From IMG/VR virus record IMGVR_UViG_3300034141_000082: 64,000 nt of DNA; one strand, 5' to 3'. Numbering within the stretch: position 1 is the stretch's first letter; every line of letters begins with the position of its first letter. The notes beneath the pieces are model-generated. The model was not told the DNA's origin. It searched no databases and worked only from the letters and a program-made list of their open reading frames with translations. This DNA is from a virus. This document shows, piece by piece, positions 33,147-43,516 of the stretch. Made by a program: the position numbers and the translations under genes.

Positions 33147-33561
33147 CTCTCTGTCCTGGCTTCCGGTGTCTCTCCCCCTCCCTATCTGTATCGGCTTGCC
33201 TGCCCGGTTCCTTTAGCCTCCCGTCTCCCTTTCTTTCCGTCCGGCCCCGGTGGCCCTTGCCCTCCCCCTTGCTTGTAGTACTAGTATGGCATGGCTCCAC
33301 ACCAGAACCTATAGCCTGAGCGTCTTTCTGGGCCAATCTCAGGCACCTCATTGCCGACCCTACCGAAAAGCCGTGACGGGTCTGCTAGCGCGTCTGCGGG
33401 CATCCTACGGCTTCTCAGTGCCGTCCCAGAATCTACCGTCGGTCAATAGATCCCCCCGGGGTTCCCGCCACGGGTTCTGGCACCTAAGAAGTACGTCAGC
33501 ACCTTCCCAGATACGTCAGTCGTTTTTTCGCCATAAAGACATATAGTAGACCGTAGTGCCC

Positions 33562-34002
33562 TCACCGCGATCCTTCCAGGATATCACAAATGGCCTGGTC
33601 AAGCGCTTCGGCGACGCGGTCCGCGTGCGTATCGACATTCATCACCGCACGCACCGCATTCACGAAGATTTTCAAGTCACTGACCATGATTCGATAGGTG
33701 AAGCGCATGCCCTTCTCGTTGATGAAGCGCAGAATGGCGAAATTGGGGTCGAGCTGGTCGTAGTCGAACCGCACCAGGCCGACGCCGGTCGGCCGGCAGG
33801 TGCTGATGTGCACGAGCAGGTCGAAGGCGAAGACCGCCTGCTGGACGTCCTTCTGGTTCGCCGCCATCGTGAGCCGCACGGCCACCGGGTCGGCGCGCGT
33901 AAATTCGAGCTCAGCGGTCACCGCGCACCACCCGCTACCGGGGCCGTTGCGGTCGAGCTGGTAGATGGGCATGGGCCTGTAAATATCCGTCATGTCGTCC
34001 AC
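33562..34002 (-). CDS. SsgA-like (SALP) protein, copy 2
   Basis: VTAELEFTRADPVAVRLTM...VFAFDLL...GVGLV; LDQAICDIL terminus. Start may be 33993. Confidence 0.7.
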   Translation of the reverse strand: MDDMTDIYRPMPIYQLDRNGPGSGWCAVTAELEFTRADPVAVRLTMAANQKDVQQAVFAFDLLVHISTCRPTGVGLVRFDYDQLDPNFAILRFINEKGMRFTYRIMVSDLKIFVNAVRAVMNVDTHADRVAEALDQAICDILEGSR

Positions 34003-34053
34003 TGTCGCTCAGCGTGGGGGTGCTCGCCCCCGCCCAGACCTACTTTGAACGAC

Positions 34054-34437
34054 ATGAGCCCATCCCCCGACGGCACGACGCCGGCCTCCGACACGGCGGA
34101 CGCCGAATTCGACACGACTGCCTACGACCGTGCCCTGGACCGCATTTTCGCGGATGAGGACCTGGAAGAGGTCATCGGCCTGGCGATCGGCGCCGGCTCG
34201 ATGTGCTGGACCAACATCTCCGGGGCCGGAGAATTCGACAGTCTGGCGGCGACCACGATCAACGACGCTGTCCTGCGTCGCATCGCCGCCGAGCGCATCC
34301 GCACCTCGTACCCGCGCCCGGACGGCGACACCTTCGTGCTCGGCCCCTACGTCATCGCCAGCACCGGCCACCCGCGGCCGGACACCGTCATCAACTGGGG
34401 TGGCGTGAATTTCGTCGTTGCTCCCACCGAGGTCTGA
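34054..34437 (+). CDS. Hypothetical phage protein, probably leaderless
   Basis: TACTTT 7 nt before ATG; IG.AIGAGSMCW...G.GEF motif. Confidence 0.65.
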   Translation: MSPSPDGTTPASDTADAEFDTTAYDRALDRIFADEDLEEVIGLAIGAGSMCWTNISGAGEFDSLAATTINDAVLRRIAAERIRTSYPRPDGDTFVLGPYVIASTGHPRPDTVINWGGVNFVVAPTEV

Positions 34438-34440
34438 GCC

Positions 34441-35175
34441 GTGGCCGCCTCGACCGACGCCACGCTGATGGCGGCACGCTTCGCGCCGTGGGCGACCACG
34501 CGCAAGTCCGTGCTGGCCGAGGCGGCCACCACCCTCGGCCTCACCCCGCGGCCGAACTGGCGCGGCCCCTCGCACGAGGAGCTGCGCGTCGAGCTGGAGA
34601 TCCTGGCCGCCGGCACGGGGGTCACCATCATCGGCCGCGACCGCCGCGACATCCGCGAGGGCCCCGCCTCCCGGTACCAGACGCAGGCCGCCTGGACGGT
34701 GGCCGCGGACGGCGCCGCCCCGGGCCGGATCACCTGGGACATCGACTCGGGCAAGATCGGCGGCCAGATCCGCGGGCCGCAGTACCGCCCGTTCGTCGAG
34801 GGCCTGCCGGCCGCCCTGGACAAGGCCCGGTCTGAAGCCAAGATCACCCGTAACAACCTCCACGACCAGATCGCACTCACGATCATGGACGCCGCCCCCG
34901 CGGCCCCCTACTCCAAGCTCGCCCACATCGGCGCCGGCAGCTGGATGGTCATGCCGGCCGGCGCCGACTTCGAGCGGTTCTGCCGCTTCATGCGCGCCAT
35001 CGGCATGCCGGTGCGCGACAAGATCTTCGTGGACGGTCCGCAGCGCAGCATGCTCGCCGTCCTGGCCGCCTCCCTGGAGAGCGCGGAGAGCCGCTTCGGC
35101 ACCCGCTCGGGCTGGCTCGCCGTCGCCCGCCGGTCGCACGCCGACCTGCGCGCCGCCGTCATGGAGTCCTCGTGA
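34441..35175 (+). CDS. Hypothetical protein
   Basis: Strong phage codon bias. Confidence 0.7.
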   Translation: MAASTDATLMAARFAPWATTRKSVLAEAATTLGLTPRPNWRGPSHEELRVELEILAAGTGVTIIGRDRRDIREGPASRYQTQAAWTVAADGAAPGRITWDIDSGKIGGQIRGPQYRPFVEGLPAALDKARSEAKITRNNLHDQIALTIMDAAPAAPYSKLAHIGAGSWMVMPAGADFERFCRFMRAIGMPVRDKIFVDGPQRSMLAVLAASLESAESRFGTRSGWLAVARRSHADLRAAVMESS

Positions 35176-35414
35176 TCGCGGCCCTGATCGCTCTGCTTCT
35201 CGGCCTGATCTCCATCAGCGCCGTGCTCTGGCTGGTCACCAAGCAGGAGGCAGCGATGAAGTGCGTCTGCGGCGATGCAATTTCTTATCACAACGGGCCG
35301 GACGGTAGCTGCACCGCTGTCCACGCACCGCACCGAGACGACGACTTCGGCGTCTCGTGGGTCTGCGGCTGCCCCGGGTTCACCACCCCCAAGATCGTGT
35401 CGAGGAGAGCCTGA
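35172..35414 (+). CDS. TM + CxCxxxxxxH..C..CxC Zn-finger-like protein
   Basis: CVCGDAISYH...C...CGCPGF. Confidence 0.6.
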   Translation: MIAALIALLLGLISISAVLWLVTKQEAAMKCVCGDAISYHNGPDGSCTAVHAPHRDDDFGVSWVCGCPGFTTPKIVSRRA

Positions 35415-35830
35415 TGACCGGCCTGTCCATCGCCCTGGTGCTCGCGTATTTCGCGATCGGCCAGGTGCTGTCTGCGGTGATCGTGCGCCGTGTCGTCAAC
35501 CTCAACCGGCGCTACCAGTTCACCCGGGGCGACTTCAATTTTAACGACGTGCGCTGGGTGGTGGGCGCCGGCCTGTTCTGGCCGATCATCGGCTTCTACG
35601 TGATCTACCACCTGCACCGCTACGCCCGCCTCTTCTGGAAGAACGAGTTCTGTCTGTGCGTCCACGGCCGAGGCCGGCACGCCGACTCGCCGTCCGGCAA
35701 GCACACCGGGCACTGCACGGTCCGCCGGCCGATCCCGACCCGGCTCCTGTTCGACCCCGAAGCTGAAATCCCCTGGGAGCGCTGCGAGTGCGTCGACTTC
35801 CGCCCCGTCCCCCCGGAGGAGAACCGATGA
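35414..35830 (+). CDS. TM + Zn-finger-like protein
   Basis: CLCVH...H...HC...CECVDF. Confidence 0.6.
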   Translation: MTGLSIALVLAYFAIGQVLSAVIVRRVVNLNRRYQFTRGDFNFNDVRWVVGAGLFWPIIGFYVIYHLHRYARLFWKNEFCLCVHGRGRHADSPSGKHTGHCTVRRPIPTRLLFDPEAEIPWERCECVDFRPVPPEENR

Positions 35831-38199
35831 TCGGCCCCTACGAGATCGTCCGGGCCTACATCGACGCCGGCTGGGACGCCCCCTTCCCGCTGCCCGCCGG
35901 GAAGAAGTTCCCCCCGCCGGAGGGCTTCACCGGCGCCGGCGGCCGGTACCCCACGAACGAGGACTTCGAGCGCTGGATCGACCAGGACCGCTACGGCAAC
36001 TACGGCGTACGCGCCCCGCTCGGCGTCATCGGCATCGACTGGGATTTCTACAAGGGCCACCAGCTCTACGACTGGGTCATGCCCTACATATCCCGGGCCC
36101 CGCGGTCGACGTCCAAGGGCGGGGACGACGAGTCCGCGATCTACTGGGTGCGCGTCCCGGTCAATCTCGTCGAGCAGCTGCGCGACCGGCACTTCGCCGA
36201 GGCCGGCACCGAGGTCATCCGGGCTCAGCACCGCTACGCCGTCGTCTGGCCCTCGGTCCACCCGGACACCGGCCAGACCTACCGCTGGTACGCGGCCGGC
36301 TCGGAGACGCCGCTCGACGGCCCGCCCGAGCTCGACGACCTCCCCGCGGTCACGCAGGAGGTGCTCACCAAGGTCATCGCCGAGTACGGCGGTGGCCGCC
36401 GCACCGGTAAGTCGAGCGGGGTGAGCGGGCGCGGAGCTGGGGAGCTCGCCCCTGCGGTGGAGCTCAGCGAGCTCGGGAGCCTGAAGGCCCTGGTCCGCGG
36501 CTACCACCCCTACGACGTCGAGGTCGGCCCCGAGCTGACGGCCCGCCGTGCGATCTTCGAGGCCAGCCGGACCGGCGACATCCTGGGCGACCTCGACGAC
36601 CTCGTCGGCGGGGCTGACGCCTGGGAGTCCTCGGTCGGCACACTGAGCTTCAAGCTCATCTCGCTGGCCCTGGCCCCCTGGAGCGCGCTCACGCTGGAGC
36701 GGGTTGTCGAGCTCGTCGAGGAGAACGGCCCCACCTGCGAGCTCGCGGTGCAGCGCGGCGTGCACGACCACCGCGGTACCTGCTGGACGGCGGCCGACAA
36801 CCGGGTCCGGGCCGAGCGCTCCATCGAGCAGCACGACGGCGGGTGGACCCAGCTCCCGGCCGAGCTCCGCCGCGATGTCCGCGAAGCCGCCGATGACAGC
36901 ACCGCGGCCCCGGCCGATGTCAGTTCACAGACATCGGCGCCGGCCGCCCCGGCCTTCGACGACGAGGACGACGACTTCTTCGACGAGCCCGTCCGGCGCG
37001 ACCCGGCCGCCATGTTCCTGCGCCTGGACCGCAGCCTCACCCGCCAGGCCCGCCCGCGGCCCATCGCCGGCGGCCTGCTCTACGAGAACGTCTTCAACAT
37101 CGTCTCGGGTCGGGGCGGCCTGGGAAAATCCACCGCGGTCCAGGCGATCTGCGCTAAGCACGGCCCGACTCTGTGGCTGTCCACCGAGGAGAGCTGGGGC
37201 GCCGTCCACGACCGCGCGCTGGTGCTGGGGTACGAGGACTTTTACGCCCCGAACGAGCCCCTTACCGTCATGGACTCGCCGGTAATTTTCCAGTGGCTCG
37301 CCACAACGCCCGATGTCCGCACCGTAGTGATCGACAATCTCCAGGCTTTCTTCAAATTGGGCGCCGATTCAAACAATAACACCGTGGTCCGCGACGCCTT
37401 CCTGGAGTTCTACCGCCAGGCCGAGGCGCTGCGCATGACCGTGGTCGGCGTCTCCCACCCGCCGAAGTCCGGCGCCACGGCGGTGCAGGGGTCCGCCGCC
37501 TGGGAAGAGGTGGCTCGCCACGTCCTGAAGATGCAGGAGCTTGACGAAGAGGGCTACCGCGGCCTCGCGCTGAGCGTCGCGAAGACCAACCTGCACACCC
37601 GGGCGTACGACACCTGGCCCGTCACCATCGAGACCGTCGAGATCCCCATCCCCTCGGCCGACGGGACCATCGAGACGACGAGCCGAGCGCACTTCCCCGA
37701 GAGCGACGTCCTGCGCGAGCTGCTCCGCGGCTACATGGGCGGGCACGTCGCCGACGCCAAGGCCGCCGCCGGCCAGCGTGCGAACGCCAGGCACCGCCCA
37801 GAAGAACTCCCGCAGATCGACGACCTCGACCTGCTCATCACCCACAACTGGGTCGAGCCCTCGATCATCGCCGCTCGATGGAACATCCCGGTGAACCGCG
37901 TGCGAGGGCTGGCCGAGATGCACGACCTCGTCCTGCACACCGCGGCGGACGGCCGGCTGGTCTGGGTTGCCGAGGAAGGCGACGACACCTGGCTCGCCGG
38001 CGCGGCCGTGCCGACCGGCACCTTCGAGGTCGACCAGCTACTCCGCCAGCTCCAGGTCACCCAGACCACGCACCTCACCTGGCTCATCTCGGCCGCCGGC
38101 CTGGACGCCGACTACCGCGACACCGCGGTCACGATCACGAACCGCGAGCGCGACGAGGTCGACCAGGCCCTGCGCGACGCCGGACTGGAGGAACTGTGA
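35827..38199 (+). CDS. Bifunctional primase/polymerase fused to an AAA/RecA-like helicase
   Basis: PFPLPAGKKFPP..GN.G.R...IDWD..YAVVWPSVHP; Walker A GRGGLGKS; VVIDN; HPPK..GSAA. Confidence 0.88.
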   Translation: MIGPYEIVRAYIDAGWDAPFPLPAGKKFPPPEGFTGAGGRYPTNEDFERWIDQDRYGNYGVRAPLGVIGIDWDFYKGHQLYDWVMPYISRAPRSTSKGGDDESAIYWVRVPVNLVEQLRDRHFAEAGTEVIRAQHRYAVVWPSVHPDTGQTYRWYAAGSETPLDGPPELDDLPAVTQEVLTKVIAEYGGGRRTGKSSGVSGRGAGELAPAVELSELGSLKALVRGYHPYDVEVGPELTARRAIFEASRTGDILGDLDDLVGGADAWESSVGTLSFKLISLALAPWSALTLERVVELVEENGPTCELAVQRGVHDHRGTCWTAADNRVRAERSIEQHDGGWTQLPAELRRDVREAADDSTAAPADVSSQTSAPAAPAFDDEDDDFFDEPVRRDPAAMFLRLDRSLTRQARPRPIAGGLLYENVFNIVSGRGGLGKSTAVQAICAKHGPTLWLSTEESWGAVHDRALVLGYEDFYAPNEPLTVMDSPVIFQWLATTPDVRTVVIDNLQAFFKLGADSNNNTVVRDAFLEFYRQAEALRMTVVGVSHPPKSGATAVQGSAAWEEVARHVLKMQELDEEGYRGLALSVAKTNLHTRAYDTWPVTIETVEIPIPSADGTIETTSRAHFPESDVLRELLRGYMGGHVADAKAAAGQRANARHRPEELPQIDDLDLLITHNWVEPSIIAARWNIPVNRVRGLAEMHDLVLHTAADGRLVWVAEEGDDTWLAGAAVPTGTFEVDQLLRQLQVTQTTHLTWLISAAGLDADYRDTAVTITNRERDEVDQALRDAGLEEL

Positions 38200-39122
38200 A
38201 GAAGATCAAGGCCAACGAGCTCCTCCTCGGCGACAAGCTCGCGGACGGCGGGGTGGTAGTCGGCCGGCACGGCAACGGCGCCATCGTGCTGGCCCGCCCC
38301 GACAGCGACAACGGCTGGGTCCGTGAGGAGCGGTTCATCTTCGACTGGGCCTCCGGCGACCCCCGCGAGGTGTACCTGGCGCACCGGCCGGTCGGCTGCT
38401 CGGTCTGCCGCCACGCCACCGAGGACCCGGGCGTCGACCACCCGGTCTGCACCCCCGGCCCCGGCCCCGACCTGTCGGCCGCGGTGGACGCCCTGCTCAC
38501 CCTCGGCGGGGAGCTCGTCACGCCGGTCGCGGTCGGCGCCCTCGGCCCCTGGCACCCGGCGCTCGGCGGCATGGAGTTCACGGTCTTCGACACGGAGACG
38601 ACCGGCCTGCACCGCATCGACGACCGCATCACGGAGATCGCGGCGATCCGGCTGTCGGTCAATGGCGAGATCTCCCGCATGGAGTCGCTGGTGAACCCGG
38701 GCATCCCGATCCCCGCGCGCATCACGGAGATCACGGGCATCACCGACGAGGACGTCGCCGGCGCGCCGCGGGAGGCCGAGGTGCTGCGCCGGTTCTCCGA
38801 CTTCTGCCGGGGCAGCGTGCTGGTCGCGCACAACATCGAGTTCGACGCAGCGTTCATCTCGAACGGCGGGGACCGGCACGGGATCGACTTCGAGATCGTG
38901 CGCCAGCTGGACACGCTGACGATGGCACGCGGCAAGCCCGGCACGGCCGGCCTCATCGCCCGCAACGAGGTGGCGAATTTCAAGCTGACCACCCTCACGC
39001 AGGCCCTGGGCATCAAGCACCAGGACGCCCACCGAGCGATGGCCGACGTCGAGGCGACGGCCCGTCTGCTGGACCACCTGCTGAAGCTGAAGTACCGCGC
39101 GCAGGCCGACGAGGCCGCCTGA
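38196..39122 (+). CDS. DnaQ-like DEDDh 3'-5' exonuclease with N-terminal extension
   Basis: FDTETTG, AHNIEFD, HRAMADV. Confidence 0.92.
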   Translation: MKKIKANELLLGDKLADGGVVVGRHGNGAIVLARPDSDNGWVREERFIFDWASGDPREVYLAHRPVGCSVCRHATEDPGVDHPVCTPGPGPDLSAAVDALLTLGGELVTPVAVGALGPWHPALGGMEFTVFDTETTGLHRIDDRITEIAAIRLSVNGEISRMESLVNPGIPIPARITEITGITDEDVAGAPREAEVLRRFSDFCRGSVLVAHNIEFDAAFISNGGDRHGIDFEIVRQLDTLTMARGKPGTAGLIARNEVANFKLTTLTQALGIKHQDAHRAMADVEATARLLDHLLKLKYRAQADEAA

Positions 39123-39256
39123 AAATCCCCGATGTTACGCTGGGTCGAATGCGCTCTACGCGGTTGCTCTGCAATTTATCTTCACAGACGATGATGAAGA
39201 TGAAGAGCCGCCGCTCTCTTGCGGGCGTCTCGCCGAATCGCGAGAGGATAAATGCG

Positions 39257-39541
39257 ATGCCAGGACCGCGGTGTTCGGTGGGGAAGATGCTCGGCGAGCT
39301 GGGGGAGACCGACAAGGCCGCCGTCGAGAACGCCATCAACGGCGGCTCGGTCTCGGCTCACGACCTCAGCCTGGTGCTGCGGACCTACGGCTACCGGGTC
39401 ATGCCGCAGACGATCCGCCGGCACGCCCGCGACCTGTGTTCCTGCACCGCAGACCCCGACGGCGTCTCCGTCGAGCTCTCCCGCGCCGGCTCCATCGACG
39501 GCGCGCTCACGCTCCTGACCACCAAGGGAGGTCGGGCGTGA
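39257..39541 (+). CDS. Small Zn-binding/HTH-like protein
   Basis: C.VG..L..L...IRRH..LCSC; GAGAGGA RBS. Confidence 0.6.
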   Translation: MPGPRCSVGKMLGELGETDKAAVENAINGGSVSAHDLSLVLRTYGYRVMPQTIRRHARDLCSCTADPDGVSVELSRAGSIDGALTLLTTKGGRA

Positions 39542-40779
39542 CGCTCGGCGATGAAATCGGCAACATGATCCAGAGCAACGTCGCGCGCCCGGCGCCGGCC
39601 GTCCCGGCGGCCACCGCCCCGCGGGGCTGGGAGCCGAAGGTCGACTACGACGAGACCGAGGGCCAGGGCGTCACGCCCCCGCGGCCGGCCGGCGAGACGC
39701 CCCCGTCGCACGCGGAGATCCTGGCGGAGTTCGGCCTGGACCCCGAGGCGTGGCAGGTGCTGACCCTGCGCCGCAGCCGCTGGCAGATGCAGTCGCCCGA
39801 GGGTCCGATCTGGCTGGAGGCGTACCGGGCCACGTTCCGCGCGGTGTCGCCGTCGGACCCCCGGGTCGTGAAGGCCGACGTGGACGAGCTGGCCGCCGAG
39901 ATCCGTGGCTTCGATCCGATCCGCGTCGCGTCCTTCTCCTCCGGCGGCGCTCGGGCGGCCTTCGTCGTCGCGCTGTCGGACATGCAACTCGGCAAGGGCG
40001 AGGGCGGCGGCTCGATGGCGACCGTCAAGCGCATCCTGGACTCGTACGGCCACGCCGCTGCCCGGCTGGCCCAGCTCCGCTCTCTCGGATACCAGATCGA
40101 CACCGTCGCGCTGGTCGGGCTCGGGGATCTGGTCGAGCAGTGCTTCGGCCACTACGCCATGCAGACCTTCCAGGCCGACCTGGATATGCGCGAGCAGCGC
40201 AAGATCGCCTGGCGCCTCACGCTGAAGGCCGTGCAGACCTTCGCCCCGCTGGTCGACAACGTCCGGGTGACGGGGATCGCCGGCAACCACGGCGAAGGGC
40301 GCAACGGCGACGGCAAGGCGTTCACCACGTTCGCCGATTCCGACGACCTGCTTCTCCTCGACGCGGTCGGCGACATCGTCTCGCAGTGCCCCGGGCTCTC
40401 GAACGTCTCCGTCGAGCTCCCGACTGATCCGCTGGCGCACACCATCGAGCTGGCCGGCACCACGGTCGGCCTCGTGCACGGTCACCAGTTCCGCACCGGG
40501 AAGTCCGCGGGCGAGAAGGCGCATGCCTGGTGGCTCGGTCAGATGATGGGCCTCCAGCCGATCAAGGACGCGAACATCCTCCTGAACGGCCATTTCCACC
40601 ACCTCGCCATCACCGAGTACGCGCAGGCCGGCCGGACGACGATCCAGGCCCCGGCGATGGACGGCGGCTCGGCCTGGTTCACCGGCAGCAGCGGCCAGTC
40701 GGCCGCCCCCGGAATGCTCACCCTCCTGGTCGGCTCGGAGCTCGGTCCCCGCCAGTGGGACGAGCTGAAGGTCGTCTGA
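39538..40779 (+). CDS. Mre11-like metallophosphoesterase
   Basis: SDMQLG, GDLVE, GNHG, HGH, GHFH. Confidence 0.88.
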   Translation: MTLGDEIGNMIQSNVARPAPAVPAATAPRGWEPKVDYDETEGQGVTPPRPAGETPPSHAEILAEFGLDPEAWQVLTLRRSRWQMQSPEGPIWLEAYRATFRAVSPSDPRVVKADVDELAAEIRGFDPIRVASFSSGGARAAFVVALSDMQLGKGEGGGSMATVKRILDSYGHAAARLAQLRSLGYQIDTVALVGLGDLVEQCFGHYAMQTFQADLDMREQRKIAWRLTLKAVQTFAPLVDNVRVTGIAGNHGEGRNGDGKAFTTFADSDDLLLLDAVGDIVSQCPGLSNVSVELPTDPLAHTIELAGTTVGLVHGHQFRTGKSAGEKAHAWWLGQMMGLQPIKDANILLNGHFHHLAITEYAQAGRTTIQAPAMDGGSAWFTGSSGQSAAPGMLTLLVGSELGPRQWDELKVV

Positions 40780-40803
40780 CCTACTGCCCTCGGAGCCACA
40801 CCC

Positions 40804-40947
40804 ATGCAATTCTTCGTATTTGTCGACGGCAAGATGCTCGGGCAGATGGAGATCGCTGACGATCTCGCCTTGGACAGACTGCTATCACAATTCCCGCAAG
40901 CTACACTCAAAACTACGGCGCAAGTTCTCGACGAAGGGTGGAGGTGA
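40804..40947 (+). CDS. 47-aa hypothetical peptide (not in ORF track)
   Basis: MQFFVFVDGKMLGQMEI...; GGAG RBS; lower GC. Confidence 0.45.
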   Translation: MQFFVFVDGKMLGQMEIADDLALDRLLSQFPQATLKTTAQVLDEGWR

Positions 40948-40951
40948 CGTC

Positions 40952-41338
40952 GTGGCTGCCGTCTATAATTTCGGGGTCGACCAGGGCAGCACTGTCCGAT
41001 TCTCGTTCACCTGGAAGCACAACACCGGCACCGCGGACGATCCCGTATTCGAGCCCTACGACCTCACCGGCTGCACTGCTCGCATGCAGGTGCGCCAGGC
41101 CCGCGGCAAGCCCCTGATTTTCGAGGTCTCGACCTCTACGACCGACGGAAGCCTAGCTGTGCAGCCCGGCGGCGTGCTGGGCCGGATCGACGTCTGGCTG
41201 TCCGACGAGAACACCGACCTGCTCGACCTGAAGATCACGAAGTACGACATCGAGGTCGCCTTCCCGGGCGGCGACGTTCAGCGCGTACTCGAAGGCCGCA
41301 TCACTTCCAACCCTTCGATCACGAAGGACGAGAGCTGA
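40952..41338 (+). CDS. Ig-like beta-sandwich virion protein (fibre adaptor type)
   Basis: [11 protein letters not shown]...[12 protein letters not shown]...YDIE...RVLEG.I...P.IT. Confidence 0.75.
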   Translation: MAAVYNFGVDQGSTVRFSFTWKHNTGTADDPVFEPYDLTGCTARMQVRQARGKPLIFEVSTSTTDGSLAVQPGGVLGRIDVWLSDENTDLLDLKITKYDIEVAFPGGDVQRVLEGRITSNPSITKDES

Positions 41339-43173
41339 TGTCTGAGCAGATTATCGTCGTCCGTGATGGCGACGACCTCACCGAGATCGTTACCGCCGGC
41401 GAGGCCACCGTCCAGCTGGACGTGCAGGCCGTCGTCGGCCCCCGCGGCGACGCCGGCCCCACCGGCGCGACCGGACCTACTGGCCCGACCGGGCTGAGCG
41501 GAGCGACTGGTGCGACTGGCCCCACCGGATCAACCGGCCCTGTGGGAAGCACCGGACCCGACGGAGCCACCGGCGCGACCGGGGCGACCGGCCCCGCGGG
41601 CGCGACGGGCTCCACGGGCGCAACCGGCCCGGTCGGAGCAACTGGCGCTACCGGGACTGCCGGAACCGCAGGCGCTGTCGGCGCCACCGGTGCCACCGGC
41701 CCCGCGGGCGTAACCGGGGCGGACGGCGCCGCCGGCCCCACCGGTGCCACGGGCCCCGCAGGCTCCACCGGACCCGCTGGCGCGTCGGGGGCCACTGGCC
41801 CCGCAGGCGTGGCCGGCGCCACCGGCTCTACGGGCCCCGCGGGCGCGACGGGCTCCACGGGCGCAACCGGCCCGGCCGGCGCGGACGGCGCCACGGGGGC
41901 GACTGGAGCAACCGGCCCCGCGGGCGCCACCGGAGCCACCGGCGCGACCGGCGTCGGGACCACAGGCGCGACAGGCCCCGCCGGCGCCACAGGTGCCACT
42001 GGTCCGGCCGGTCCCCCCGGGGCTGATGGCGGTGGCGGCGAGGGCTCGATCGGCGCCACGGGCCCGACCGGCGCGACCGGCCCGGCCGGCTCCGCTGGAG
42101 CTCCCGGCGCCACCGGCCCCGCGGGCCTGACCGCGCAGGGCGCCTGGAACGACACCGACACCTACGTCGCCAACGACGTCGTCACCCACGAGGGCTCGAC
42201 GTACCGCGCGACCGCTCCCATCGCGGCCGACACCGAGCCGGGCGCCGGCGGCGCCCCGGTCACCACGCTGAAGGCCGCGCGCACCAGCACGCCGTTCGAC
42301 ACGGTCGGCCAGAAGAGCGCTTTTACCCGTCTGCTTGCCACCTCGCCACACGTCGTGACGCAGATCGTGCTGAAGACGATGCCCGGCGCTGCCGGCGTCG
42401 CCACCGTCGGCCTGGTGACCTCTCCGGTGCCCTCCACCCCAGGTGAGGTCGTTTTCGATCTCGGATCAGTCGCCGGGGTCGTGTTCGACGGCAGCGGCGC
42501 GGACGTCGTGGTCAACCTGCCGGCTCCGGCGATCCTGTCCACAGATTCTTCGACGAACATCGTCGCGGTCGGCACCTCGGACGCCGGCGCGGCGACGTGG
42601 GCCTGGGGCAACAGCCCCACCAACACAGGTGTCACCAGCAGCAACCAGTGGTACCGCTCGTCGAACGACCCCGGTGACCCCTGGGAGCAGTACGACTTCG
42701 GCCCTGCCCTGTGGACCCTCAACGAGGTCGCCAGCGCGGAGTCCCCCTGGGAGCTGCTGGCCGCCAAGGGTGACGACGGAGCCGCCGGCGCAGCGGGCGC
42801 CACCGGTGCCACCGGCCCCTCGGGCTCGGCCGGCGCCGCAGGCCCCACCGGTCCCACCGGTCCCTCGGGCTCGGCCGGCGCCGCAGGCCCCACCGGCGCG
42901 ACTGGACCGACCGGAACGACCGGCTCCGCGGGCGCCACGGGTGCCACTGGTCCGGCCGGCGCCGCAGGCCCCACCGGCGCGACTGGGCCGACCGGAACGA
43001 CCGGCTCTGCGGGCGCCACGGGCGCCACTGGCCCGGCCGGCTCCACCGGACCCACCGGCGCGACCGGCCCCACCGGCGTGGGTTCCACCGGGGCGACCGG
43101 CCCCGCAGGCCCCACCGGAGCCACCGGCCCGTCCGGCAGCGCAACAACCCCCTTTCTCCTGATGGGAGCATGA
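41338..43173 (+). CDS. Collagen-like (G-X-T) fibre protein
   Basis: Two long Gly-X-Thr tracts flanking a globular domain; ends in PFLLMGA. Confidence 0.85.
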   Translation: MSEQIIVVRDGDDLTEIVTAGEATVQLDVQAVVGPRGDAGPTGATGPTGPTGLSGATGATGPTGSTGPVGSTGPDGATGATGATGPAGATGSTGATGPVGATGATGTAGTAGAVGATGATGPAGVTGADGAAGPTGATGPAGSTGPAGASGATGPAGVAGATGSTGPAGATGSTGATGPAGADGATGATGATGPAGATGATGATGVGTTGATGPAGATGATGPAGPPGADGGGGEGSIGATGPTGATGPAGSAGAPGATGPAGLTAQGAWNDTDTYVANDVVTHEGSTYRATAPIAADTEPGAGGAPVTTLKAARTSTPFDTVGQKSAFTRLLATSPHVVTQIVLKTMPGAAGVATVGLVTSPVPSTPGEVVFDLGSVAGVVFDGSGADVVVNLPAPAILSTDSSTNIVAVGTSDAGAATWAWGNSPTNTGVTSSNQWYRSSNDPGDPWEQYDFGPALWTLNEVASAESPWELLAAKGDDGAAGAAGATGATGPSGSAGAAGPTGPTGPSGSAGAAGPTGATGPTGTTGSAGATGATGPAGAAGPTGATGPTGTTGSAGATGATGPAGSTGPTGATGPTGVGSTGATGPAGPTGATGPSGSATTPFLLMGA

Positions 43174-43174
43174 A

Positions 43175-43501
43175 ATGCCCACATACCGTCCCCTGGGCCA
43201 GGTGGCGCCTTCGGCCGCAACGGCTACGCCGCTCTACACCGTGGGCGCCGTCACGAACGCCGTGATATCCACAATCATGGTCTGCAATCAGTCGGCCACG
43301 CCGACCACGTACCGGATCGCCATCCAGCCCGCGAACGAGACCCTGGCGGCCAAGCACTACATCGCCTACGACGTGACGCTCGGCGCCAACCAGGCCACGG
43401 CCTACACGCTGGGGATCACCCTCGCGGCAACCGACGTAATCACCGTCTACGCCGCAGCGGCCACCGTTTCTTTCAGCGCTTTCGGCGCAGAGACCGTCTG
43501 A
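43175..43501 (+). CDS. Virion-associated beta-sandwich protein
   Basis: LGQ.APSA...LYTV...IST..VCN...YRIA...HYIAYDV...LGITL...VSFSAFG.E. Confidence 0.7.
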   Translation: MPTYRPLGQVAPSAATATPLYTVGAVTNAVISTIMVCNQSATPTTYRIAIQPANETLAAKHYIAYDVTLGANQATAYTLGITLAATDVITVYAAAATVSFSAFGAETV

Positions 43502-43516
43502 GACAGGAGCTAAATC

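Noticed and set aside
41319-43220. Repetitive DNA and antisense PVAPV-rich ORFs
   Set aside because: Explained by the collagen codon repeats; there is no fixed repeat with unique spacers, so not CRISPR.
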